Positions 1 to 13,000 of a stretch of 64,000 nt of DNA are shown here, piece by piece. The DNA is from Eledone cirrhosa (lineage: Eukaryota): positions 7,874,001 through 7,938,000 of the forward strand of contig OZ024761.1 in assembly GCA_964016885.1 (NCBI GenBank), in the 5' to 3' direction. The translations under genes and the position numbers were made by a program. The notes beneath the pieces are model-generated. The model saw only the letters and a list, made by a program, of their open reading frames with translations. It was not told the DNA's origin and made no database searches. How positions within the stretch are numbered: position 1 is the stretch's first letter; the number at the start of each line of letters is the position of its first letter.

Positions 1-1000
1 GCCTTGGTGAACCCCTACTATTATGCTAAATTCATCACTGACTGTTCCTCTATACATGGCTAAAAGATTTCATCAGTCATCTTCAACAGGTTAACTTTCC
101 ACTGTTCCTCTATATTGTATTCTCTAATTGCTCTTCCTTAATATCAAAAGCTTCAAGTAATATGCTTTTAAATTTGTTACTGGCTGTGGGGTTCTTCATC
201 TTCCATAATCTTCTCCTTAAGGCATTCCTCTGCCGACAAGTATGTCCGGCCCTGACTATGAGGTAACTAACTATTGAGTTATGTTGGGAGGCGCATTCTT
301 TGTAAGGGAGGACTTAGTGTTCAAAACAGACACTTTGTCTCTTTTTCTAGTAAGAATAAAGTCTATCTGGCTGATGTGCTCCCCTGATCTATACGTGATC
401 AAATGACTGTCACTTTTTTAAAGTTCGTGTTACAGATAGTCAGATCATTTGAATCACAGAATTCCAGGATTCTGAAGCCTTCCTCATTTCTATTTCCAAC
501 CCCATAGCCTCCATGGATACCATCATAGCCATCACAATGTTGTCCAACATGACCATTAAAGTCGCCAGCAATAATTATATAGTCACTGTTGGATATCTGG
601 GAGGTAGTGAGCATTAGAGACTCATAGAACCTGTCTTTAATAACGTCTGGTAGTCTGGATTGGGGTACATAAGGAGAGATAATTGATACAGTTGTCCTAT
701 TTAGTATTAATCTTATTTTAATGATCCTGTCATCCACTCTATCTACGGCAGTTACCTTATCTACCCATTTTTCTGGTAACATAATTCCAACACCACCCAG
801 CCTGCTATCACATCCCATCCAGAAAAGCTTATAGCATCGTTTCTTGCCCACAATGAATCTAGCAGACCCACCTCTCCACCTGAACACAACAAACATCAAC
901 TTCCTTACGTTCAAGCAACTCTACAACCGCGTTTGAGTGCTCAATGTGCCTACATTCATGGTACCAACTATGAAATTTTGGATTTCGGTGGGGGTGGGGT
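1..1000 (-). mobile_element. Degenerate RTE-clade LINE fragment (APE endonuclease region)
   Basis: ORF 399..914 has APE motifs ([17 protein letters not shown], GxGxRNEEGxRILEFC, CNTNFKK). GTMNVGTL lies upstream in ORF 921..1139. Frameshifts and stops are present. Same protein type as 41112..41916. Confidence 0.9.
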
Positions 1001-1662
1001 GGGGGTGGAATGGGGGCACAGGGACGGAATTATGTTGGTCTTGGGCTTCCATATCTGATATAAAGAGGAGCGCTTGCATGCTTGTCCTGAAACGGGAGGA
1101 GAATTTATCTTTATTGTTGTCATTGTAAGTGTTCCCCAACTCCGTAGCGAACGATGCCTAGGTCTAAGCTTAAGAAGTATCGGCCTTGTGACAGAGATTA
1201 ACATTAGAAACCTTACTATAAAACCGCTGAGTTTTGATTGGCCTGGCCCAAATAACTATGTGGTGCGTGGGGTGGGTGGGTGGGAAGGAAAAGGGTGACT
1301 TCCAGAAGACATACGTGTATTTAGCCAAACTGGGAGATACTGGAAAAACAAACAACGAAAGGCATCAAATAGCTTCTTTCCTAATGGAAGTACTTAATTC
1401 TAGATGGATTTACAGACAGAAAAAATATTTAAAATTACATTTCAGAATATGTCAACAGCTAGAAGCCATCGATTGTATAACTGAAGTAACTTTACATCAG
1501 CGTAGAAAATGGGGAAAGCAGAGGGGGGAATACATCATGGCTACAAATATGACAACTGTAATGGAATTTCTAACTAAAAGTGTTACGGCGAACTCTAACA
1601 GCTTTACTAACAGTAAAAATTAAATTTACTAACGATAAACTTTTATATATATATATATATAT

Positions 1663-2482
1663 ATCATCATCATCATCACCGTTTTACATCCGTTCTTCCA
1701 TGCTAGCATGGGTTAGACGGGTTGTCCTGTTGTGGGCAGTGTCTGGTCGGCTGACCTTGTCTTGTTCATACAGGAACTGATTCTGGCTTGATTTCTACAG
1801 CTGGATGCCCTTCCTAACACCAACCTCATTTACAGTGAGTGCTGGGTGCTTTTTTCCGTGGTGCCTACACGTCCACTTTACAGTGTGGGCTGGGTGCTTT
1901 TTTGCCGTGGCCCCTCCACGACCCCTTTGCAGTGGGAGGGTGTGGGGGCATATTGTCTATATGCTTCAGCTTTGCCTTGTACCCATGGGAGGTCGGGTAC
2001 TCTGTATTACTGCGTGACACCAGAAGTCACGGTCGTGTGTCATCGCTGTTGAGAGGTGTAATTGGGTAAGGTCGGCTTTTATCACCTCATCCCAGGTCTT
2101 CTGGGGTCTCCCCACTCCGGGGCTTCCATCGACTTCTAGTGCTCTGCACCTTTGTATGCAGCTGTCATCCTTCATACGCATCACATGTCCATACTAACGC
2201 AACCGCCTCTCCTGCACACAGCGTTTGATTCCTCTTATGCTCAGTCTCTCTCTCAATTCGTTTATGCTTTGCCGTTCGCGTATATTACTATTACACATCC
2301 ATCGGAGCATGCAGGCTTCGTTTCTTTCTAATCTACGTAAGTCTTCCACATTCAGCGCCCAGGTCTCACTACCATGTAACATTGCTGTTCGTATACACGC
2401 ATCATACAGTCTGCCTTTCATTTTGAGGGAAAAGCCTTTTGCAGCTAGCAGTGGCAGTAGTTCCCTGAACTTCTTCCATCCC
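1663..2482 (-). mobile_element. 5'-truncated RTE LINE (family B): C-terminal coding region plus ~300-nt 3' UTR and (TGA)n tail
   Basis: ORFs 2194..2496 and 1966..2184 (WKKFRELLPLL...LHGSETW...GRPQKTW), then a UTR with GAAGGGCATCCAGCTGTAGAAA and a TGATGA tail. Flanked by (TA)n. Confidence 0.9.
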
Positions 2483-2484
2483 AC

Positions 2485-2516
<32 letters not shown>

Positions 2517-2747
2517 GTGTGTATAGTGGTAGCTATGGTGCCTCCGTAGGCAGTATGCCAAAATTAGCAGTCAATATTCATCAGAGTAGAGTGTAGGAAT
2601 TATCAAAAAAACGAAAAATCAGTGATGCATCTGGACTTAGTTTATTTCGTGTTACAAATGTATAATCAGCCAGATCCATACAAGGACCATGACTCGAGCT
2701 ACATGCCGGCGAAACATTTGTAACACCAAATAAACTATATATATATA

Positions 2748-3093
2748 TCATCATCATCATCATCATTTCATTTTACGTCCGCTTTTCCCTGCTTGCAAGG
2801 GTGGGACGGGAACTGATTCTGGCTTGATTTCTACAGCTGGATGCCCTTCCTAACACCAACCTCATTTACAGTGAGTGCTGGGTGCCTTTTTGCCGTGGCA
2901 CCTCCACGACCACTTTGCAGTGGAATGATAGGGAACCCAGTCCCTATCATCTCATTTCTACAGCTGAGTAAACTGGAGCAATGTGAAATAAAGTGTCTTG
3001 CTCAAGGAAACAACACATCACTCGGTCTGAGAATTGAACTCACAGCCTTTTGATTGCAAGGCCAATGCTCTAACCACTAAGCCATGTGCCTCC
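2748..3093 (-). mobile_element. tRNA-derived SINE family A (tRNA-like head, CORE-like box, central domain, RTE-derived tail)
   Basis: Head GGAGGCACATGGCTTAGTGGTTAGAGC...GTGAGTTCAATTC (A/B boxes), then TCCTTGAGCAAGACACTT. Tail CCCACCCTTGCAAGCAGGGAAAAGCGGACGTAAAA matches the 3' end of the RTE at 38844. Near-identical copies at 42946, 56975 and 58525. Confidence 0.9.
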
Positions 3094-3284
3094 ATATATA
3101 TACATATTTTTTTCCCCTTCATAAATCCAATCTTTCTCAACAACAAAATACGAGCCTAAACTAGCCAAAACACACATTATCATCATCATCATCATCATCA
3201 TCTGTTGGAACACTATTTTCTCCAAACATCAAACAAAAGATGTGAGATTAAAAAATACTAAAACATGTCAGCGTTTGCTGCTGT

Positions 3285-3572
3285 CATCACCACCGCCACC
3301 GACACCACAATCACCACTACTATCACCACCACCACCACCACCACCAACACCACAACCACCACTATCACCACCAGCACTACCATTACCACCACCACACTAC
3401 TACCAAAACATCCCCTCCCCCCACCACCAATACCACCACATCATAAATATGCCCTTACCTTAAGTGAATGCGGCATGCTACATTTGTTCCATCAACTAAC
3501 AATGCACGCTACCACCATTATCACCCCCACAACCACCATTATCACCACCACCACCACCTCCACCACCACCAC
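3285..3572. repeat. (CAC)n-rich degenerate microsatellite
   Basis: Visible CAC/CAT triplet runs. Confidence 0.85.
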
Positions 3573-3745
3573 TGGTAGAGGGTTGGGCGCCATGCTTTAC
3601 AGCATAGAGTTACGACCCTTTATGATCTGGGTTCAAATCCTGCCAAGGTTGACTTTGCCTTTCATCCTTACGGAGTTGATAAAATAAAGTACCAGTAATG
3701 CACTGGGGTAATTGCTGGCCTTGTGCCAAAAGTAGAAACAATTAA
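3573..3745 (+). mobile_element. SINE family B copy (Nin/Deu-like domain)
   Basis: GTTCAAATCC B-box followed by GACTTTGCCTTTCATCCTTACGG...GATAAAATAAAGTACCAG...GCTGGCCTTGTGCC, shared with many copies in the window. Confidence 0.8.
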
Positions 3746-3877
3746 AAATATATGTCCTTACCTTTAATGAAAGCGGCATGTTACCTTTATTCCACCACCA
3801 CCACCACCGTTACCCTCACCACTCCCACCACCACATTATAAATATGTCCTTACCTTTAAAGAAAGTGGCATGCTACC

Positions 3878-3883
3878 TTTATT
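3878..3883 (-). promoter_or_regulatory. Candidate AATAAA polyadenylation signal of the Kazal gene
   Basis: AATAAA begins 8 nt after the TAG at 3891-3893. Another copy lies in the duplicated UTR segment near 3786-3791. Confidence 0.45.
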
Positions 3884-3890
3884 CCATCAC

Positions 3891-3957
3891 CTAACAATGC
3901 CCAATATGATGTAGCTTGAGCAAACGATTCAAACATTTGGATTTTTCAAATTCACAC
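3891..3957 (-). CDS. Kazal-type two-domain secreted protein, exon 4 (terminal): (L)CEFEKSKCLNRLLKLHHIGHC*
   Basis: Acceptor ...ATATTACAG|G. The phase-2 join TT+G gives Leu. Supplies Cys IV-VI of Kazal domain 2 and ends at TAG 3891-3893. Confidence 0.9.
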
Positions 3958-4477
3958 CTGTAATATGTAATAGGGAAACTATTTGTTAAACATGGAGGTT
4001 TTGTTTTCCTGCGTAGGGGGTCAGTGTACTGTAATGTCAGTGTAACGTAGTGTAGTGTTGTGTCAGTCTCCTAGTGTCTGAATCCAAAGTTTGTCTCAAA
4101 CCAGGAGGCTCATCAGATTGATGCTTGTCCCAGTTTGAGACTTACTAATGTGATTTTATGTGGTACAGGATGTTAAGAGGTGGTCGATCAAATCTTTTTT
4201 TGAGCTGCGAGATTCCATAGGCTTAAGTCTGGCTCAAACCAGAAGGCTCGTCAGGCTGGTTCCATGTCACAAAGTGACTGAGAGTATAAGTCACTCACTG
4301 GACAGGACACCAGTCCACTGCAGGGTTATGTAAAGTATAATGTTAAGGTAAAGTCTGTCTCAAGCTGGGAAGCTTGTCAGGCCAGTGCTTATCCCAGTTT
4401 TGTGGCAATTCCATTCGTAATTGTGAGGTTGCGAGTTCACTTCCTAGACCGGGTGATGCATTATGTCTTTGATCAAG

Positions 4478-4665
4478 GGCAGTGGATTGGCAGTATCGGT
4501 AGCGAGTCGGATGCCATGCTTTCCAGCATAGTTACGTCCCTTTACGGTCTGAGTTCAAATCCCGCCGAGGTTTACTTTGCCTTTCATCCTTACGGGGTCG
4601 ATAAAATTAAGTACCAGTAATGCACTGGGTAATTGCTGGCCTTGTGCCTAAAGTAGAAACAATTA
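4478..4665 (+). mobile_element. SINE family B copy
   Basis: GGATTGGCAGTATCGGTAG...GAGTTCAAATCCCGCCGAGGTT...CTTTCATCCTTACGGGGTCGATAAAA...GTAGAAACAATTAT. Confidence 0.85.
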
Positions 4666-4889
4666 TGTCTTTGAGCAAGACACTTTGTTTCATGCTGCTT
4701 TTCATGCCAGGAGTTGTGACTAGTAGGTAATATCAGCAATGGGAAGACCAATGGAAATATTGTTTCCTTGTTCCAATTTGATGAATTCCATCTCGTTCAT
4801 TAAGTGAACAAAGTCTGGGATCTTGTTGATTGATTCCAACCCCATATATGTGTATGTATGTCTGTATATGTGTGTGCATATGTATATAT

Positions 4890-5290
4890 CATAACCATCA
4901 TCCTCGTTTAACGTCCATCTTCCACGCTAGAATGGGTTAGACAGGTTTATCCCATTTAGAGGCAAGTTGGGTCAGGTGACTGTATCTCGCTCATATAGGA
5001 CTGTTTCTGGCTGGTTTTCTATGGCTGGATGGCCTTCCTAGTGCCAACCCTATTTACGGTGTGTGCTGGGTGCTTTTTGACGTGACACCTACGCGACCGC
5101 TTTACAGTGTGGGCTGGATGTTTACGTCCATTTTCCAAACTAGCATGGGTTAGATGGGTTGTTCTGTTGTGGGCAATGTTAGGTCAAGTGACCATGTCTT
5201 GCACATACAGGACTAATTCTGGCTTGGTTTGTACAGCTGGATGCTCTTCCTAATGCCAACCTCATTTACAGTGAGTACTGGGTACTTTTT
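4890..5290 (-). mobile_element. Two tandem truncated SINE-A/RTE-B-UTR-like copies
   Basis: Two ACGTCCAT...CTAG(A/C)ATGGGTTAGA...GCTGGATG..CTTCCTA segments. Confidence 0.75.
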
Positions 5291-5414
5291 GTATGTATAT
5301 ATATTCTGCCAGGAGTTGAGACTGGTAGATAGTATCAGTAAATGGAAACATTGTTTCTTTATTTCCACCCCACTCGGCAAGCAAATGTGGTTTGGGATCT
5401 TGTCAATTGATTAA

Positions 5415-5749
5415 CCCTTTCATGACTACATTTCCAATAAATTATACTATATTGTAATTAATTAATGAAGAATTTTAAGGGATTTACTATAATTACTTAA
5501 TGTAAGGTTCTTATCTAAATTAAGTTTTGAGATTTTAATTTAAATTGGAAACCTTTAAAATGGGTGGTTTTATTTCATAGAACCAGAGCTGGATTTACTA
5601 AAATTATCAATTATTTCATTACTAAGATAGTAACTTAATGTAGGGTTCTTATATAAATTATTTTTGAAGATTTTAATTCAAATTGGAAGCCTTTAAAATC
5701 GTGACTTTATTTCATAGAACCAGTTTTAACCAGATTGGTAACTAAAGGG
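5415..5749. mobile_element. piggyBac-like MITE relic
   Basis: TTAA|CCCTTT ... AAAGGG|TTAA termini around an AT-rich interior with an internal ~130-bp duplication. Confidence 0.5.
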
Positions 5750-5896
5750 TTAACAATATAGAAACCCCATCTCATTTAGCAAGTCACACAAATCATCCAA
5801 TATTTTCAAAAATCAGCCAAACCCTGCTAACACTGGCATGAAAAAACCCCACCAAACCAAACCAAAATAAATTTTACAAGACATTGAAAAAAATTA

Positions 5897-6180
5897 CTCC
5901 AGGTAGAGCCGCTACTTCTCTGAATTGAGAGATCACAGCTCTGATACTATGGACATGTGGTTAGAGTCACTGGACAGATTTTACAGGCAAATCAAACAGG
6001 TAGGAGACCCAGGGGTAGATCCCGAGCAAGATGGTTGGATAACATCCATGAGATTGGCTGGTCACGCTTGGGGATCCAGCCAAATCAGTTGGAGACAGTA
6101 GCTTCTGACAGGACCTGCTGGAGGGAGTGTTTGAGGACTCTACCCTCATGACCCTCTCAGGAATAAGTAGGTGACAAAAT
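5897..6180 (+). mobile_element. RTE-like LINE 3' fragment (family C)
   Basis: Degenerate LQVEPLLL.IERSQL.YYGHVVR and ORF 5957..6151 (GRRPRGRSRARWLD). Homologous to 55215-55520. Confidence 0.75.
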
Positions 6181-6291
6181 TGAAAAAATTAGTCAATGGA
6201 TGTAAACCTAAAATATCTTCACCGAAAATCATAACCCTCCACCCCTCCCTCCCCAAAAAGATTATTCAGCAAGAAAACAAAAATAGCTTAC

Positions 6292-6489
6292 AAATTTCGA
6301 TATGTTTTCATTTCTGAACTGCAGACAGTTTCTTCTTCATTGCCACAACTCTCTGTCAAGAAGGCCTGACAAAAAACTTCAAAGGCAATCTTGTGTGGGC
6401 TAATATTCAGTTCTGCTTTACCTTTGCATTCACCACGATACTTTACATATAGTGTCCTGTCTCTGCAGTGAGCTTTGGCAAATTCACAA
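6292..6489 (-). CDS. Kazal-type two-domain secreted protein, exon 3: (N)CEFAKAHCRDRTLYVKYRGECKGKAELNISPHKIAFEVFCQAFLTESCGNEEETVCSSEMKTYRN
   Basis: Strong acceptor TCTTTTTGTTTCCATTTGCAG| and donor |GTAAGC. 198 nt, phase 2-2, open frame carrying Kazal Cys IV-VI of domain 1 and Cys I-III of domain 2. Confidence 0.93.
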
Positions 6490-6974
6490 CTGCAAATGGA
6501 AACAAAAAGAAGAGAAAAGAATAGTTACAAATAGTTCTGAAACAAATATCTAATTTATTAAAGGGTTAACAATAGATTGTGTGTGCAATAAATAGAGAAT
6601 AATAAGGACTGTAAAAAGGTAAGAGGGAAGATTAGAGGAAGATATATATATATATCTTGTAAATAAAACACTTAAAATGCCATATTGATTTTTAATAGTT
6701 GGGAGTTGTTTGTAATTAAACCATGGAATTTTCAAGGGTTAGCCAGTGTGATTAAACATTCCTTTACTAGTTTCAGTCATTAGACAATGACTATGCTGGG
6801 GCACCACCTTAAACGTATTTAGTCAATCATATTTGACCAAAGTACTTTTATTTTCCAAGTCTGGTACTTATTCTATCAATCCCTGTCTGACAAACTGCTA
6901 AGTTATGTGATATAACTATAAACATGGTAACCTACAGACATACACGCCATCTGGCAAAGAATCCCTATAATAAT

Positions 6975-7480
6975 AATAATAATAATAATTGTTTCTACTA
7001 TTGGCACAAGGCCAGCAATTACCCAGTACATTACTGGTACTTTATTTTATCGACCCTGTAAGGATAATAATAATGGTTTCTGATTTAGGCACAAGACCAG
7101 CAATGTTTTGGGAATGTCAATTAAATCAAAATGGTACATTATTTTATTGACCCTGTATGGCGGTGGATTGGCAGTATCGGTAGAGGGTCGGACGCCATGC
7201 TTTCCAGCATAGTTACGTCCCTTTACGATCTGAGTTCAAATCCCGCCGAGGTTGATTTTGCCTTTCATCCTTACGGGGTCGATAAAATAAAGTACCAGTA
7301 ATGCACTGGGTAATTGCTGGCCTTGTGCCTAAAGTAGAAACAATTATTTTATTGACCCCGTAAGGATAAAAGGCAAAGCTAACCTCGGCAGGATTTAAAT
7401 TTGGAATGTAAAATGCCATGACTCTATACCGCAAAGAACATTGTCGGATGCTCTACTGATTCTGCCAATCCACTACCCTA
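6975..7480. mobile_element. Cluster of SINE family B copies in both orientations (+ 7158-7345; - ~6985-7060 and ~7345-7480)
   Basis: Matches to the family-B sequence and its reverse complement. Confidence 0.8.
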
Positions 7481-7499
7481 ATATTAATAATAATAATAA

Positions 7500-7835
7500 T
7501 AATAATGCTTTCTTTATTAACCACAAGAGTTGACATAAAGGACAGTACAAATTGGCATTTCTGTGTGTAAAAAAAAACAACAAAATTATATATATAAAAA
7601 AGAAAAACAAAGGATGTAACAAAAAAAAAAATGAAAACAAAGGAAAAATTCCCCAATGCCTGGAGGAGGGAGAGACTTCTAAGGGTCACTCGTGGAGAAA
7701 ACCCACAAAAAGCCTCGGTGACCCTGACCACCAGGGCAGGCGCCCTCTCCCAGTTTTCTACCTCCAATCTAAAGGTGCATACTCAGAGCAGGCCCATTCA
7801 CTCGGGCCATGCTTGCTTTTCTCACCCATCTTTCA
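7500..7835 (-). mobile_element. Probable L1/Tx1-like LINE 3' end
   Basis: Minus strand reads ERWVRKASMARVNGPALSMHL*, then a T-rich UTR and AATAAAGAAA plus (TTA)n tail. A similar end lies at 53780-53940. Clade assignment is from memory, not a search. Confidence 0.45.
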
Positions 7836-7984
7836 ACAAAATAATATATAATGCATGAATGATCAGAAATTACAATATCTCATAACAGCCCAGCATCCAT
7901 AACTCAATAATGAAACACATGTAAAAAGGTAGAATTAAATAATAATTTTTTCTAATCAAGCCTTGTATGTTTTTCCTCACACAC

Positions 7985-8286
7985 ACATATAGACAATATG
8001 CCCCCACACCCCCCACCGCAAGGTGGTCATGGAGGTGCCACGGCAAAAAAGCACCCAGCCCACACTGTAAAGTGGACGTGTAGGCGCCACGAAAAAGCAC
8101 CCAGCACTCACTGTAAATGAGGTTGGTGTTAGGAAGGGCATCCTGCTGTAGAAGTCAAGCCAAATCAGTTCCTGTATGAGCAAGGCATGGTCAGCCGACC
8201 AGACACTGCCCACAATAGGACAACCCGTCTAACCCATGCTAGCGTGGAAGAACGGACGTAAAACGGTGATGATGATGATGATGATG
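7985..8286 (+). mobile_element. 5'-truncated RTE-B 3' UTR / SINE-like copy
   Basis: Reverse complement of 1663-1962 (CATATAGACAATATGCCCCCACACC...CGTAAAACGGTGATGATG). Confidence 0.85.
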
Positions 8287-8577
8287 ACACACACACACAC
8301 ATATATATATTGTTATATTTGGAGAGGGTCATATTGTTATAATATTGCCAGAAATATATAATAAAAAACACTCACTGTTTGGTTTGGGTTGGTTTTCGCT
8401 TCCATATATTTTATATTTTTATAGTTAACTTAGCTGGCAATCAATGTTTATAATTGATTGAACAACAGTTAAATATATAGATATAAATATATATCAAATT
8501 AAAAAAATGGAGTTAAAATCTCACATTAATCCCCTATAATTTAATGAGCTCAAGGAATAGATCCGGGGCTCTATATA

Positions 8578-9655
8578 AATCCAGCTCCACTCCAATCTAC
8601 CCAGCTACCCAGCTCCACACCAATCTGCCCAGCTACCCAGCGCCACACCAATCTACCCAGCTACCCAGCTCCACACCAATCTGCCCAGCTACCCAGCGCC
8701 ACACCAATCTACCCAGCTACCCAGTGCCACACCAATCTACCCAGCTACCCAGCTCCACACCAATCTACCCAGCTACCCAGCTACCCAGCTCCACACCAAT
8801 CTACCCAGCTACCCAGCTCCACACCAATCTACCCAGCTCCACACCAATCTACCCAGCTACCCATCTCCACACCAATCTACCCAGCTACGCAGCTCCACAC
8901 CAATCTACCCAGCTACGCAGCTCCACACCAATCTACCCAGCTACCCAGCTCCACACCAATCTACCCAGCTACCCAGCTCCACACCAATCTACCAATCTAC
9001 CCAACTCCACACCAATCTACCCAGCTACCCAGCTCCACACCAATCTACCCAGCTACCCAGCTCCACACCAATCTACCCAGCTACGCAGCTCCACACCAAT
9101 CTACCCAGCTACCCAGCTCCACACCAATCTACCCAGCTACCCAGCTCCACACCAATCTACCCAGCTCCACACCAATCTACCCAGCTACCCAGCTCCACAC
9201 CAATCTACCCAGCTCCACACCAATCTACCCAGCTACCCAGCTCCACACCAATCTACCCAGCTACGCAGCTCCACACCAATCTACCCAGCTACCCAGCTCC
9301 ACACCAATCTACCCAGCTACCCATCTCCACACCAATCTACCAATCTACCCAACTCCACACCAATCTACCCAGCTACCCAGCTCCACACCAATCTACCCAG
9401 CTACCCAGCTCCACACCAATCTACCCAGCTACCCAGCTCCACACCAATCTACCCAGCTACCCAGCTCCACACCAATCTATCGAGCTACCCAGCTCCACAC
9501 CAATCTACCCAGCTACCCAGCTCCACACCAATCTAACCAGCTACCCAGCTCCACACCAATCTACCCAGCTACCCAGCTCCACACCAATCTACCCAGCTAC
9601 CCAGACCACACCAATCTACCCAGGCTCCACACCAATCTATCCAGCTACACCACCA
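8578..9655. repeat. Minisatellite of 20-bp (CCAGCTCCACACCAATCTAC) and 28-bp (+CCAGCTAC) units
   Basis: Directly visible tandem units. Confidence 0.97.
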
Positions 9656-9829
9656 AATTGCTATAAATTATCTCTCTCTCTTCCCATAACCCCCGAGGTG
9701 TCACAGGGGCACCGTATTGACATACAGTGTTTTGGGGGCATTTTCAAAAACCTGGCAGAGCCCCTCTCCTCTGCAGGTCTGAAATCAGCAGATTTCTTCC
9801 AGAGAAGGATAGAGAGAATGTGAGAAAAT

Positions 9830-10078
9830 GTAGGGGTCATGACAAAAAAGCGCCCAGTCTACACTGTAAAGTGGTCGTGTAGGCGCCACGGTAAAAAGCA
9901 GCCAGTACTCACTGTAAATGAGGTTGGTGTTAGGAAGGGCATCCAGCTGTAGAAACAAAGCCCAAATCAACTCTATATGTGCAAGACATGGTCAACCTGA
10001 CCTGGCATTGCACACAACAGGACAACCCCGTCTAACCCATGCTAGCGTGGAAGAATGGACGTTAAACGGTGATGATGA
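9830..10078 (+). mobile_element. Truncated SINE-A/RTE-B-UTR-like copy
   Basis: CTGTAAATGAGGTTGGTGTTAGGAAGGGCATCCAGCTGTAGAAA...GGACGTTAAACGGTGATGATGA; it abuts the 26-bp satellite. Confidence 0.85.
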
Positions 10079-13000
10079 TATATATATGTACCACACTAAT
10101 TACTGTAATATATGTACCACACTAATTACTGTAATATATGTACCACACTAATTACTGTAATTGATGTACCACACTAATTACTGTAATATATGTACCATAC
10201 TAATTACTGTAATATATGTACCACACTAATTACTGTAATATATGTACCACACTAATTACTGTAATATATGTACCACACTAATTACTGTAATATATGTACC
10301 ACACTAATTACTGTAATATATGTACCACACTAATTACTGTAATATATGTACCATACTAATTACTGTAATATATGTACCACACTAATTACTGTAATATATG
10401 TACCACACTAATTACTGTAATATATGTACCACACTAATTACTGTAATATATGTACCACACTAATTACTGTAATATATGTATCACACTAATTACTGTAATA
10501 TATGTATCACACTAATTACTGTAATATATGTACCACACTAACTACTGTAATATATGTACCACACTAATTACTGTAATATATGTACCACACTAATTACTGT
10601 AATATATGTATCACACTAATTACTGTAATATATGTATCACACTAATTACTGTAATATAAGTACCACACTAATTACTGTAATATAAGTACCACACTAATTA
10701 CTGTAATATATGTATCACACTAATTACTGTAATATATGTACCACACTAACTACTGTAATATATGTATCACACTAATTACTGTAATATATGTATCACACTA
10801 ATTACTGTAATATATGTACCACACTAATTACTGTAATATATGTATCACACTAATTACTGTAATATATGTACCACACTAATTTCTGTAATATATGTACCAC
10901 ACTAATTACTGTAATATATCTACCACACTAATTACTGTAATATATGTACCACACTAATTACTGTAATAAATCTACCACACTAATTACTGTAATATATGTA
11001 TCACACTAATTACTGTAATATATGTACCACACTAATTACTGTAATATATGTACCACACTAATTACTGTAATATATGTACCACACTAACTACTGTAATATA
11101 TGTACCACACTAATTACTGTAATATATGTACCACACTAATTACTGTAATATATGTACCACACTAATTACTGTAATATATGTACCACACTAATTACTGTAA
11201 TATATGTATCACACTAATTACTGTAATATATGTACCACACTAATTACTGTAATATATGTATCACACTAATTACTGTAATATATGTACCACACTAACTACT
11301 GTAATATATGTACCACACTAATTACTGTAATATATGTACCACACTAATTACTGTAATATATGTACCACACTAACTACTGTAATATATGTACCACACTAAC
11401 TACTGTAATATATGTAGCACACTAATTACTGTAATATATGTACCACACTAATTACTGTAATATATGTACCACACTAATTAGTGTAATATATGTATCACAC
11501 TAATTACTGTAATATATGTACCACACTAATTACTGTAATATATGTACCACACTAATTAGTGTAATATATGTACCACACTAACTACTGTAATATATGTACC
11601 ACACTAATTACTGTAATATATGTACCACACTAATTACTGTAATATATGTATCACACTAATTACTGTAATATATGTACCACACTAATTACTGTAATATATG
11701 TACCACACTAATTAGTGTAATATATGTATCACACTAATTACTGTAATATATGTACCACACTAATTACTGTAATATATGTACCACACTAATTACTGTAATA
11801 TATGTACCACACTAATTACTGTAATATATGTACCACACTAATTACTGTAATATATGTATCACACTAACTACTGTAATATATGTATCACACTAATTACTGT
11901 AATATATGTATCACACTAATTACTGTAATATATGTACCACACTAATTACTGTAATATGTGTATCACACTAATTACTGTAATATATGTACCACACTAATTA
12001 CTGTAATATATGTACCACACTAATTACTGTAATATATGTACCACACTAATTACTGTAATATATGTATCACACTAACTACTGTAATATATGTATCACACTA
12101 ATTACTGTAATATATGTATCACACTAATTACTGTAATATATGTACCACACTAATTACTGTAATATATGTATCACACTAATTACTGTAATATATGTACCAC
12201 ACTAATTACTGTAATATATGTACCACACTAATTACTGTAATATATGTATTACACTAATTACTGTAATATATGTACCACACTAATTACTGTAATATATGTA
12301 CCACACTAATTACTGTAATATATGTATCACACTAATTACTGGAATATATGTACCACACTAATTACTGTAATATATGTACCACACTAATTACTGTAATATA
12401 TGTATTACACTAATTACTGTAATATATGTACCACACTAATTACTGTAATATATGTACCACACTAATTACGGTAATATATGTACCACACTAATTACTGGAA
12501 TATATGTATCACACTAATTACTGTAATATATGTACCACACTAATTACTGGAATATATGTACCACACTAATTACTGTAATATATGTACCACACTAATTACT
12601 GTAATATATGTACCACACTAATTACTGTAATATATGTACCATACTAATTACTGTAATATATGTACCACACTAATTACTGTAATATATGTACCACACTAAT
12701 TACTGTAATATATGTACCACACTAATTACTGTAATATATGTATCACACTAATTACTGTAATATTTGTACCACACTAATTACTGTAATATATGTATCACAC
12801 TAATTACTGTAATATATGTACCACACTAATTACTGTAATATATGTACCACACTAATTACTGTAATATATGTACCACACTAATTACTGTAATATATGTATC
12901 ACACTAACTACTGTAATATATGTATCACACTAATTACTGTAATATATGTATCACACTAATTACTGTAATATATGTACCACACTAATTACTGTAATATATG

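Noticed and set aside
1080-1300. HDV-like ribozyme in RTE 5' regions (also checked 33250-33432)
   Set aside because: I could not build the nested double pseudoknot by eye; a covariance search would be needed.
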